This document shows positions 30,928 through 39,283 of a DNA stretch of 64,000 bases, in pieces. The notes under the pieces were generated by a model. The model was not told the DNA's origin. It searched no databases and worked only from the letters and a program-made list of their open reading frames with translations. The stretch is from a virus. The translations under genes and the position numbers were made by a program. Position 1 is the first letter of the stretch, and each line of letters begins with the position of its first letter. The stretch is taken from IMG/VR virus record IMGVR_UViG_3300034121_001395, one strand, 5' to 3'.

Positions 30928-31531
30928 ACACAACATACAAAATAAGGGCTTACTGGATCTACTAAAAGGCGGCGCAAATGATTGCTTTACGAGCGACTAT
31001 GGTGCAGTCAAAGAATATTATCTTTCTGAAGAGATTGGTGATGCAAGTGACTATATACAATGGTTTCATGATATACGCAACAGTCGTCAGAGTGATGTCG
31101 TTAAAATTCACATCAATTGTCCTGGAGGCAACTTGTTTACTACAATTCAGTTTATGCAGGCACTCTCAGAAACTGAAGCACATATTATGGTAAGCGTTGA
31201 GGGGGCATGCATGAGTGCGGCAACTCTAATTTTCTTGATGGCTGACGAGTATATGATAACAGATCATAGTATGTTCTTGTTTCATAACTATAGCGCAGGA
31301 ACTGCTGGCAAAGGTGGTGAGATGTATCATGGCATGGTTCACGAACGCAACTGGAGCGCAAACCTGTTTAGAGACATGTATTCAGATTTTCTCACAGAGG
31401 CCGAGATTAAAGACATGCTTGAAGACAAAGACATCTGGATGGATGCGCAACAGGTACTTGATCGTTTAGAGAAGCGCGGCAAGTCCATTCAAAAACGAAT
31501 CAAGGCTGAAGAGAAGAAGAAAAAAGTATAA
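30920..31531 (+). CDS. ClpP-like serine protease
   Basis: INCPGG, CMSAAT (Ser), FLFHN (His), DIWM. Confidence 0.8.
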   Translation: MHKHNIQNKGLLDLLKGGANDCFTSDYGAVKEYYLSEEIGDASDYIQWFHDIRNSRQSDVVKIHINCPGGNLFTTIQFMQALSETEAHIMVSVEGACMSAATLIFLMADEYMITDHSMFLFHNYSAGTAGKGGEMYHGMVHERNWSANLFRDMYSDFLTEAEIKDMLEDKDIWMDAQQVLDRLEKRGKSIQKRIKAEEKKKKV

Positions 31532-31540
31532 ATACACTAT

Positions 31541-32602
31541 ATGTCAAAGACTTCGCAGCTAACAGAATTAACAACAGGACTTGCACAAAATGATATTTTG
31601 CAAGTTGTTGATGTTAGTGATCTTAATATGGCCACAAGTGGCACAAATAAAAAGATCACTATAGGCAACCTAGCAACTGGTTTGGGTAATAGTGGTACTT
31701 TACAAGCAACAATACCAGCAGGCACGACAAGTCAATATTGGCGAGGAGACAAGACTTGGCAAACATTAAACAAAGCAGTTGTAGGGTTAACCAACGTTGA
31801 TAACACAAGTGATGCAAATAAACCGGTATCAACAGCGACACAAACTGCATTAAATCTTAAAGCAAATCTTGCAAGTCCTACATTTACAGGAACAGTTACA
31901 CTTCCAACCGATGTTGTAATATCTGGTTCTAGTTCTGGTGATGCAGTGCGTATTACTCAAACTGGTTCTGGTAATGCTCTAGTTGTGGAGGACAGCGCAA
32001 ATCCGGACGCAACACCATTTGTGATAAACTCTAGCGGACAGTTATTTATTGGAAAAACGAGTAGCGAAGATACTGGATTAAGAACAATTGACATTATTTC
32101 AAATGGAGGTGCTTCCGTTGCAAACAACGGAAACATTAGATCCATACGCTGTGCAGATGAAGTTACTGGAATTATATATTCACAGGGGAGAACAAGAGGT
32201 AGTGCGCAAACACAAACAATTGTTCAAGCAGATGATAGTTTAGGCAATTTTGTTTGGTCTGGATATGATGGAGTCGATCAAATAGTTGCAGCTAGAATCT
32301 CCTCACTTGTAGACGGGACACCTGGAGCAAATGATATGCCGGGCCGCTTGGAATTCTCGACAACTTCTGATGGGGCGGCCACTCCGACAGAACGCATGCG
32401 CATCACTAGTTCTGGAAATGTTGGAATTGGCACTACCTCACCAAATTCTAAACTACACATCGCTGGAGACCTCACCGTTTCATCCGCTACCGTGGCGACT
32501 TCCGCAACTGCCGGAACTAACGGTGATGTACCAGTTCAAGTCGCAGGATACCTAGTTGTAAACATCAACGGAACCGCTCGCAAGATTCCATACTACGCAT
32601 AA
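31541..32602 (+). CDS. tail-fibre-like structural protein
   Basis: VGLTNVDNTSDANKPVSTATQTAL, ASPTFTG, ERMRITSSGNVGIGTTSP; late promoter. Confidence 0.65.
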   Translation: MSKTSQLTELTTGLAQNDILQVVDVSDLNMATSGTNKKITIGNLATGLGNSGTLQATIPAGTTSQYWRGDKTWQTLNKAVVGLTNVDNTSDANKPVSTATQTALNLKANLASPTFTGTVTLPTDVVISGSSSGDAVRITQTGSGNALVVEDSANPDATPFVINSSGQLFIGKTSSEDTGLRTIDIISNGGASVANNGNIRSIRCADEVTGIIYSQGRTRGSAQTQTIVQADDSLGNFVWSGYDGVDQIVAARISSLVDGTPGANDMPGRLEFSTTSDGAATPTERMRITSSGNVGIGTTSPNSKLHIAGDLTVSSATVATSATAGTNGDVPVQVAGYLVVNINGTARKIPYYA

Positions 32603-32972
32603 TATAAAAACACTTATCTCAAGCACAGAAGATTCTGCAACTATGAGTTCAAATTTGGTGATGTCATTCGGGTAGTTGAATATAGCAAGTCGCCGCCACA
32701 GGAAAGCGAAGAGCAAGCCCCAAAGCAACCATTCGACCATGAGGCAATGTCAGAAGCTGAGTACCAAAGTTGGGTGAGGCTATCTAACGCTAACATGCAA
32801 CTTCGCTGTTAATATGCTTAATGGCGAGGGTGGTAATATCATCCCAATAAATAACCAAATTTACCATACCGTCCATTAATACTTGCCATGCCTCTCAACG
32901 ATGCGCACTTTGGTGGGTATTTTTGCATAAAAAATCATAAATTTGGCATTTTTAGACCTTGGAAGCACTAGA

Positions 32973-33072
32973 TTTCTCTATACGGGGCCTAACTTCGGGA
33001 CCTTTTTTCACTTTTTTGAAAAAAGTTGTGTACTTTCTCTGCATTTTAGTGTATAATGACCATGTAAGCAAC
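32973..33072 (+). promoter_or_regulatory. early promoter cassette, copy 2 (upstream of the ncRNA array)
   Basis: TTTCTCTATACGGGG...TTTTTTCACTTTTTTGAAAAAAGTTGTGTAC...TATAAT. Confidence 0.85.
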
Positions 33073-33229
33073 ACAACACAATATGAAAGAAACATTAGGA
33101 ATTTTCATCGGAATCAATGCAGCAGTTTGGTTCGTCATCTTTATCCAAACCATGAACGGTAGTTGGTAATCACAAGAGTTGAACATCTTTTAAAAAGCTT
33201 TGAGCTTCGGGCACTCGTTAAACCGCTCT

Positions 33230-33262
33230 AGAGAGTTGAGCATCTCTTAAAACTGCTCACCA
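33230..33262 (+). ncRNA. small H-type pseudoknot ending in CCA
   Basis: AGAGA/TCTCT stem; loop TGAGCA pairs with downstream TGCTCA. Confidence 0.5.
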
Positions 33263-33279
33263 CTTTCAAAAAACAATTT

Positions 33280-33442
33280 TCCCCTGAAGTATTGGCCCGC
33301 CAGTAGATCTTCTAGAACAAACACTAAGTGAATCCCGGGCATGTGACCAGTTGGAGTTAACGCCACCGAAACATGAATAGCTTAGTCAATGATCTAGAAT
33401 GAACTCTGGGAGACGAGGTTCGACTCCTCGCGGGGGACACCA
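33280..33442 (+). ncRNA. tRNA-like RNA with long internal domain
   Basis: TCCCCTG/CGGGGGA acceptor, CGAGG-TTCGACT-CCTCG T-arm, 3' CCA. Confidence 0.6.
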
Positions 33443-34088
33443 CTTTCAAAAACAAATTTAAGGTAATGCCCCAATCGTAAGAGACTGCAGCTCGAGAAGA
33501 TAAGAAAATTAAATGTGCAGATGGACTCACACAGCCGTTTCTGATGATAGGAAGACCCCAGGATTGCTCAGCAATAGTAAGGAAACCGAACATGCCCGTG
33601 TTTCATCAGCAACAAAAGTTAGGCACGGGAAATTTTCAAAAAACAAATTTACTGATGGAGGTTGCAAACGAAATCAGAGATAAAAGGAACGAGCCTCTTG
33701 TCCGCAGGGAGAGCGTTAAAAAGTTTCATGGTGCAATTCCATAGCCTGCGGTGCCATTTCCAAAAAAAACAACAACAAATACAAATAGAATAACGACATA
33801 AGATTTTAAAACCTTCTCTATCGCAAAGCCAGTAGTCATGACCTGGTAGTGGCCTATAAGAATATTATTCAAAAGTCCGTTCAATTCGGAGGTGATAGAA
33901 ACCTGGGAGGCTCCTCAGCCCCAATTGAAGCTGTAAAGCACTGAGGATACTTTTAAACAACAAACACCAAACCATGAAACTATCGCATTTTTATCCACTG
34001 GCCATCTTGATATCACTATTTTTTGGAGTCTGTATGATTGGATTCATCAGCGCTCTGTTCAAAGCAGTCTATCTTTTCTTTAACTAAT

Positions 34089-34421
34089 ATGAACACACAA
34101 CGAACAATACTAAAGGTTGAAAATAACGAGGCCGGAAAAACAATAATCTTTCATTTGAGGCGTGAGGTAAAAACTCATAATTTGAGAGAGCGTTTGAAAG
34201 AGATGGAGTCTCCAGACTATGTTGGAAAATTTAAACGAGTTGACCTCTATGGCCGCCTTGGAAAAAATAATCCAAATCGTCACAAATATTCTATTTCTAG
34301 TCGTCGCTCAATCTTTCGCAGCCACACTAGAATTCGTTTAGAAGATGCATCACACATTGCAGTCTATGTAAACAACGTCGTGCGCTCTAAGTTTGGTGGT
34401 TATACTCTCGTCTGTTCATGA
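34089..34421 (+). CDS. conserved phage hypothetical protein
   Basis: RVDLYGRLGKNNPN motif. Confidence 0.65.
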   Translation: MNTQRTILKVENNEAGKTIIFHLRREVKTHNLRERLKEMESPDYVGKFKRVDLYGRLGKNNPNRHKYSISSRRSIFRSHTRIRLEDASHIAVYVNNVVRSKFGGYTLVCS

Positions 34422-35014
34422 TTCCGGTTTTTCCCTCTCATAAGACTACACTCGTATTGACTGCAGGCTTTCAGCCGTGTGGATTTTTTTCTGCTCGGTC
34501 TGCAATTCGAAACATGATGGTTGGAGGCGTAAAAGCCTATGACCAGTATGGAAACATACGAGACTGGAGCAGCTGGATCGCGAACGACGATCATCTCAGT
34601 CCAAACAACCCTGCGCTGAGAAGTGTCGACACGCTGTGGGCAATTCCTACAATCGTGGTGGTTCCTGGCTATTTTGGTCACTACAAGCAAGGCAAAAAGC
34701 AGCCGCGCGCAATCAACCTTCGTCAGCTGTATTATATCTATGGAGGAGAATGTCAATATTGTCTAAAGAAAATTCCATACACTTCTGCGACTCGCGATCA
34801 TCTCATTCCTCGCAGTCGTGGAGGCGGCAACAACGACGACAATATCGTTCTCTCTTGCAAAAAGTGTAATACCAAAAAATCAAACAAGTTTCCATATTTC
34901 AACATTCACGGCTCTGAAGTAAAGCCTAAGATGCTAAAAGACATTGAGTTTAGCGCGCTTAGTGAAAAAGTTACGATTCGTGAAGAGTGGAAGGATTTTT
35001 TACAATATAAATAA
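34418..35014 (+). CDS. McrA-like HNH endonuclease
   Basis: CQYC, TRDHLIPRSRGG, NIVLSCKKCNTKK. Confidence 0.85.
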   Translation: MIPVFPSHKTTLVLTAGFQPCGFFSARSAIRNMMVGGVKAYDQYGNIRDWSSWIANDDHLSPNNPALRSVDTLWAIPTIVVVPGYFGHYKQGKKQPRAINLRQLYYIYGGECQYCLKKIPYTSATRDHLIPRSRGGGNNDDNIVLSCKKCNTKKSNKFPYFNIHGSEVKPKMLKDIEFSALSEKVTIREEWKDFLQYK

Positions 35015-35302
35015 ATCACTTATAGATAAAAAAGATGTTTACATGTGAGAGAGTTTAGTGTATAATGTCTCTGTAAGCAACAAGAAACAAAAGTTTCATA
35101 ACTGAACGCCACATCAACTGCTACTGAAAGTTGAGAACGTCCGTGGTTGTACGGCTTGGATCACTCAGTGATGCGATGTCAAAGGTTTGTATATAGGAGT
35201 TTTCGGTCCCTATAAAAAAGTCATAGTTGATTGCAGTTGCAGCGCACATTTTTTGCGCTCCTCATTCGACATGCCAATATGATTAACCGATAAATTTTCA
35301 AT

Positions 35303-35376
35303 CGCGAGTTAGAGTAGTGGTTACTCGGCAGTCTCATAAGCTGCATAGGTCGGTTCGATTCCGACACTCGCAACCA
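35303..35376 (+). tRNA. tRNA-Met(CAT), initiator-like
   Basis: cloverleaf, C1:A72 mismatch, CCA. Confidence 0.85.
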
Positions 35377-35384
35377 TTTTATAT

Positions 35385-35480
35385 GCTAGAGTGTCCTGAA
35401 TTGGTTAAAGGTCCTTCTTTATAAGGGGGTAGAATCGGTCATCGAGCCGTATGTGGGTTCGAGTCCCACCTCTAGTACCA
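35385..35480 (+). tRNA. tRNA with TAT anticodon (Ile) and long variable arm
   Basis: CCTTC-TTTATAA-GGGGG anticodon arm; 23-nt variable region; CCA. Confidence 0.8.
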
Positions 35481-35484
35481 CTTT

Positions 35485-35558
35485 CGCACGTTGGCAGAGA
35501 AGTCATGCAGTGGTCTGCAAAACCGCCTAGTCCAGAGCGTTACTGGAACGTGCGTCCA
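35485..35558 (+). tRNA. tRNA-Cys(GCA)
   Basis: cloverleaf, U73, atypical T-loop AGCGTTA. Confidence 0.85.
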
Positions 35559-35570
35559 TCTACAACCCAT

Positions 35571-35645
35571 GCTCACGTCGTCTAATGGTTAGGACTTGCG
35601 GTTTTCATCCGCACAATCGGGATTCGATTTCCCGCGTGAGTACCA
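35571..35645 (+). tRNA. tRNA-Glu(TTC)
   Basis: cloverleaf with CCA. Confidence 0.9.
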
Positions 35646-35659
35646 ATAAATAATACACC

Positions 35660-35887
35660 ATGAAAACTATATTTCGCACCTCAACATACGTCAAGGTCGG
35701 TCAATTTTACCTTTCAATAAAACTGCCACTTAAGAGCGGTGAACGTCGCTTTAGAGTCACTCGTGATCATTCACGCTTTCAAAACTATTTTGAAATGCAC
35801 GCTCTAGGATTTACATGCGGTCGCATGTGGTCTACTCATGCCCAACGTGCGAGTGAGAAGCGTTGGTTAAATTCACTCGAAGAATAA
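35660..35887 (+). CDS. hypothetical protein
   Basis: ORF within tRNA cluster. Confidence 0.55.
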   Translation: MKTIFRTSTYVKVGQFYLSIKLPLKSGERRFRVTRDHSRFQNYFEMHALGFTCGRMWSTHAQRASEKRWLNSLEE

Positions 35888-35891
35888 CACT

Positions 35892-36263
35892 ATGAAAATA
35901 TACATTGAACGATGGATGACTGAAACTGTCCACACTGGAAAGCTGTTTAGCATAGACACCGAAAAGTTGAGAGAACTCTATGATGAATATGCACATCTCT
36001 CTGACGAAGAACTCGTTGAACGCGTGAGCGAAGATTCTGAATGCGGCGAGCTTGATTGGCATGAACAGTACGAAGACGCCCTGTCTGCATGCGACATTTC
36101 AGGAGAAAACAGTCTAGTAAAGCTTCACACATCAGAGACCCTGCAAGACAATCTAGAATGGGGTGTCTGGCACAGAGGTCGTCTTACTCTCAATGAAGAA
36201 TATATAGACATTGATACAGAAAATTTTGAAGAGTTTGTCTCTAAAATTCCTCACTATAAATAA
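35892..36263 (+). CDS. acidic hypothetical protein
   Basis: ORF within tRNA cluster. Confidence 0.6.
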   Translation: MKIYIERWMTETVHTGKLFSIDTEKLRELYDEYAHLSDEELVERVSEDSECGELDWHEQYEDALSACDISGENSLVKLHTSETLQDNLEWGVWHRGRLTLNEEYIDIDTENFEEFVSKIPHYK

Positions 36264-36271
36264 CTTTACAA

Positions 36272-36346
36272 TCCGACTTAGCTCAGCGGCAGAGCGGGTG
36301 CCTGTTAAGCACTAGGTCCATGGTTCGATCCCATGAGTCGGAGCCA
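36272..36346 (+). tRNA. tRNA-Asn(GTT)
   Basis: cloverleaf with CCA. Confidence 0.92.
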
Positions 36347-36354
36347 ATTTTTAC

Positions 36355-36429
36355 GCCTCCTTAGCACAGTGGTAGTGCAGCTCATTTGTAATGAGCAGGT
36401 CGTCCGTTCGAATCGGACAGGAGGCTCCA
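36355..36429 (+). tRNA. tRNA-Thr(TGT)
   Basis: cloverleaf with CCA. Confidence 0.92.
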
Positions 36430-36438
36430 GTTTAAAGT

Positions 36439-36515
<77 letters not shown>

Positions 36516-36522
36516 TATTTTA

Positions 36523-36599
36523 CGGGATGTAGCTCAGCCTGGTAGAGCGCTGCGTTTGGGACGCAGATGTCGCATGTTCGAATCGTGTCATCCCGACCA
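36523..36599 (+). tRNA. tRNA-Pro(TGG)
   Basis: cloverleaf with CCA. Confidence 0.92.
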
Positions 36600-36635
36600 T
36601 TTATAGCTCAGTTGGTAATTTTTATAAATAATAAT

Positions 36636-37063
36636 ATGCTTCATAAACATCATATTATTCCACGACACATGGGAGGTACAGACGATCCCTCTAATATAAT
36701 TGAATTAACTATTGAGCAGCACGCAGATGCTCATAAAAAATTATATGAGCAACATGGTAAACTAGAAGATTATGTTGCTTGGAAAGGATTATCTGGACAA
36801 ATCAACAGAGAAGAAGTTATTGCTTATAAATGTTCTATGGGCGGTCATGCCAATAAAGACGTGCCAAAAAGCGAAGATCATAAAGCAAAAATTGCTATAA
36901 CATTAACGGGAACAACTCATACAGAGGAAAGAAAAAATAATATTGCTAAATCTGCCATTGGTAATAAAAATTCAAAAAATCATTCTAGCGAAGAATATAA
37001 ACAAAAACAAAGCGATGCAATGAAACAAGCTTGGGCTAGAAGAAAATTAAAACAATCAACAAA

Positions 37064-37073
<10 letters not shown>
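36636..37073 (+). CDS. HNH homing endonuclease with NUMOD3-like repeats
   Basis: HKHHIIPRHMGGTDDPSNIIELTIEQHADAH; SEDHKAKIA; TATAAATA 36623-36630. Confidence 0.85.
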
Positions 37074-37138
<65 letters not shown>

Positions 37139-37145
37139 TTTTTAA

Positions 37146-37223
37146 GGAGCGGTAGCTCAGTCTGGTTAGAGCGCCAGCCTGTCACGTTGGAGGTCGCGGG
37201 TTCGAGCCCCGTCCGCTCTGCCA
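37146..37223 (+). tRNA. tRNA-Asp(GTC)
   Basis: cloverleaf with CCA. Confidence 0.92.
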
Positions 37224-37231
37224 ATTTAATT

Positions 37232-37307
37232 GGTGGTTGTAGTTCAATGGTAGAGCCCCAGATTGTGATTCTGGTTGTTGCGGGTTCGAATCCGGTAACC
37301 TCCACCA
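37232..37307 (+). tRNA. tRNA-His(GTG), chimeric 3' end
   Basis: His-type 5' part with G-1; 3' end identical to tRNA-Ala so acceptor stem mispairs. Confidence 0.65.
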
Positions 37308-37311
37308 TTAT

Positions 37312-37386
37312 ACGTCATTGGTGTAACGGTAAGCACAAAGGTCTCCAAAACCTTTTGTCTCAGTTCGAATCTGAGGTGACGTGCCA
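37312..37386 (+). tRNA. tRNA-Trp(CCA)
   Basis: cloverleaf with CCA. Confidence 0.9.
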
Positions 37387-37387
37387 T

Positions 37388-37461
37388 AGAGGTATTGTGT
37401 AACGGTAGCACCACAGATTTTGATTCTGTTTGTCGAGGTTCGAATCCTTGTACCTCTACCA
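37388..37461 (+). tRNA. tRNA-Gln(TTG)
   Basis: cloverleaf with CCA. Confidence 0.9.
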
Positions 37462-37466
37462 ACTTT

Positions 37467-37577
37467 GCCGCTAGAGAGGTGCACGGGCTCCATGCCCGGT
37501 ATATAGATACAGATGACGTGCAGGACTGCGTATGCGGGTGCGTACGGGAATGTATCTATGTCGCCTCTCTAGTCGGC
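37467..37577 (+). ncRNA. unassigned branched structured RNA
   Basis: GCCG-CTAGAGAGG/CCTCTCTAG-CGGC and ATAGATACA/TGTATCTAT helices. Confidence 0.6.
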
Positions 37578-37589
37578 TCAATTTTCAAT

Positions 37590-37669
37590 CGCGGGGCAGT
37601 CAGTAGTGGTGCTGAACTAGTCTCATAAGCTAGGCTTCGGTGTGGGTTCGACTCCCACCCCCGCAACCA
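37590..37669 (+). tRNA. tRNA-Met(CAT), second initiator-like
   Basis: CGCGGGG/CCCCGCA acceptor with C1:A72. Confidence 0.8.
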
Positions 37670-37751
37670 ATTTTTAGCAATGGCAATCAGTGAGTTAAAT
37701 GCGCATAAGGCTTGAGATTCTGTGTGGGTCAATAACCATACATTGCTAAAT

Positions 37752-37837
37752 GGGTAGATGCCCGAGTGGCTAAAGGGGGCGGTCTGTAAAATCGCTGGCT
37801 TACGCCTACGCTGGTTCGAATCCAGCTCTGCCCACCA
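37752..37837 (+). tRNA. tRNA-Tyr(GTA)
   Basis: cloverleaf, long variable arm, CCA. Confidence 0.92.
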
Positions 37838-37955
37838 TCTTTGTATAAGTAATTTGCAACCGAGCTCAAGAAGAGTGGTGATGCGCATAGGTGATTAGGT
37901 TCACGCCTTCGGGTTAATATGACAAGTATGCCTGCGTAAGCTCTTCATATATTTT

Positions 37956-38055
37956 CAATGTATAGTGTAGTGGTAGCACGCCCCAAGCAAGGGGTTTCTT
38001 ATCCGATAGGATAGGCGACAACGCCGAGGTGATGGTTCGATTCCATCTGCATTGT
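37956..38055 (+). ncRNA. tRNA-like RNA with extra hairpins
   Basis: acceptor, D-arm and T-arm intact; three hairpins in between; no CCA. Confidence 0.6.
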
Positions 38056-38064
38056 TTAATTTTC

Positions 38065-38119
38065 GCGGGATTTGTATAATGGTAATACGCCATCCTTCCA
38101 AGTTGGAGTCATCAGTTCG
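38065..38119 (+). pseudogene. truncated tRNA-Gly(TCC)
   Basis: stops at T-loop GTTCG, fused directly to TATAAATA. Confidence 0.8.
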
Positions 38120-38136
38120 TATAAATAAATACATAT

Positions 38137-38904
38137 ATGAACTACAAAAAGATTTATGATAATCTGATAAAATATAGACAACAAAATATTTTATCAGATG
38201 GATATATTGAACGACACCACATTGTGCCTCGATCACTTGGTGGATCTGATGAAGAAACAAATATAGTGGCTTTAACAGGTCGTGAACATTATGTTGCTCA
38301 TTTACTTCTAGCAAGATATAATAAATGCAGTCAAACTATATATGCACTTTGTATGATGCAAATAAAAAATATTACGAACGAAGGGCGCCCTCTTATTAAA
38401 TCTGGTAGAATGTATGAATGGGCTCGTAAAGAATTTGCTAAATATGTAGCAAAAAATAATATGATTACCTCAAAAGGAGAACAAAATAGTCAATTTGGAA
38501 CTCGTTGGATATGTAATATAACTTTAAAAGAAAATCGTAAAATTTCTAAAGATAGTTTGATTCCAGACGGATGGATTGCCGGTCGCAATAAATGGAAACA
38601 TAAATACTTAACGCGAACAGCAAAGGGTTCTAAAGAACATAGAAATCGAGTAAGAGACGCACGTATAGGAAAAAAACTAAGTATTGAAACAAAAGAAAAA
38701 ATATCTAAAGCAAATAAAAAATCTCGTTTAGGCAATGAATCTTTAACTGGTAGGATTTGGATTAACAATGGAACAATTAACAAAGCAATACTAAAAAATG
38801 AATCTATACCAGAAGGATTTATTAAAGGAAAACTTTCGCGTCATAAGTGTTACGGCAGCACATTAGACTTCCACTCTGAAGGCGTGAGTTCGACCCTCAC
38901 ATGA
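38137..38904 (+). CDS. HNH homing endonuclease (MobE-like N-terminus)
   Basis: MNYKKIYDNLI, ERHHIVPRSLGG...NIVALTGREHYVAH; GTRWI/GRIWINNG repeats. Confidence 0.88.
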   Translation: MNYKKIYDNLIKYRQQNILSDGYIERHHIVPRSLGGSDEETNIVALTGREHYVAHLLLARYNKCSQTIYALCMMQIKNITNEGRPLIKSGRMYEWARKEFAKYVAKNNMITSKGEQNSQFGTRWICNITLKENRKISKDSLIPDGWIAGRNKWKHKYLTRTAKGSKEHRNRVRDARIGKKLSIETKEKISKANKKSRLGNESLTGRIWINNGTINKAILKNESIPEGFIKGKLSRHKCYGSTLDFHSEGVSSTLT

Positions 38905-38911
38905 CGCACCA
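38838..38911 (+). tRNA. tRNA-Gly(TCC) overlapping the HNH 3' end
   Basis: complete cloverleaf, CCA, A73. Confidence 0.85.
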
Positions 38912-38918
38912 ATTTCAA

Positions 38919-39023
38919 TGGGGTGAAGCTTAGCGGCTTCTATTCTCTTTATACCCTCTACGCTTGATGGGTGCACACTAGACAGCGCATGGTTTTAATA
39001 ATGACATGAGAATACCCCCACCA
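38919..39023 (+). ncRNA. unassigned structured RNA ending in CCA
   Basis: TGGGG/CCCCA and TATTCTC/GAGAATA helices, internal hairpins. Confidence 0.5.
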
Positions 39024-39024
39024 T

Positions 39025-39207
39025 TTTTTCCCTGCCATTGTAGGCATAGACACTGCAATGAGCGATTTGACAGAGAGCGGGTTAGCAACCCGATGATGAC
39101 AAACGTAATCCGACGCAAATTAAACTAGTCTTGGAGTCGCTACCAAGATGAAATAGTCACTGTGTTTCTTCAAAGCAACATCGTTGCTTCATCGGTAGTG
39201 GGGAAAA
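39025..39207 (+). ncRNA. unassigned multi-hairpin RNA
   Basis: TTTTCCC/GGGAAAA closure; CGGGTT/AACCCG, TCTTGG/CCAAGA, AAGCAAC/GTTGCTT hairpins. Confidence 0.55.
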
Positions 39208-39211
39208 CACT

Positions 39212-39283
39212 TTGCGAGAGGGATCATACGGAGATCGCTAGGCCCATAGTCTAGAGTGGAGGTTAAAGCCCTCCCCCTCGCAA
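39212..39283 (+). pseudogene. degenerate tRNA-like element (CAT loop)
   Basis: four arms can be drawn, but C33, T-loop TTAAAGC and no CCA. Confidence 0.45.

Noticed and set aside
33540-33690. Hammerhead ribozyme (CTGATGA...GAAA)
   Set aside because: Stem II and the cleavage-site helices cannot be drawn; CTGATGA pairs better with downstream TCATCAG.
33260-33775. CRISPR array suggested by repeated linkers near an HNH gene
   Set aside because: Linkers are short, low-complexity and non-palindromic; the intervening units are 105-170 nt and structured; no cas genes.
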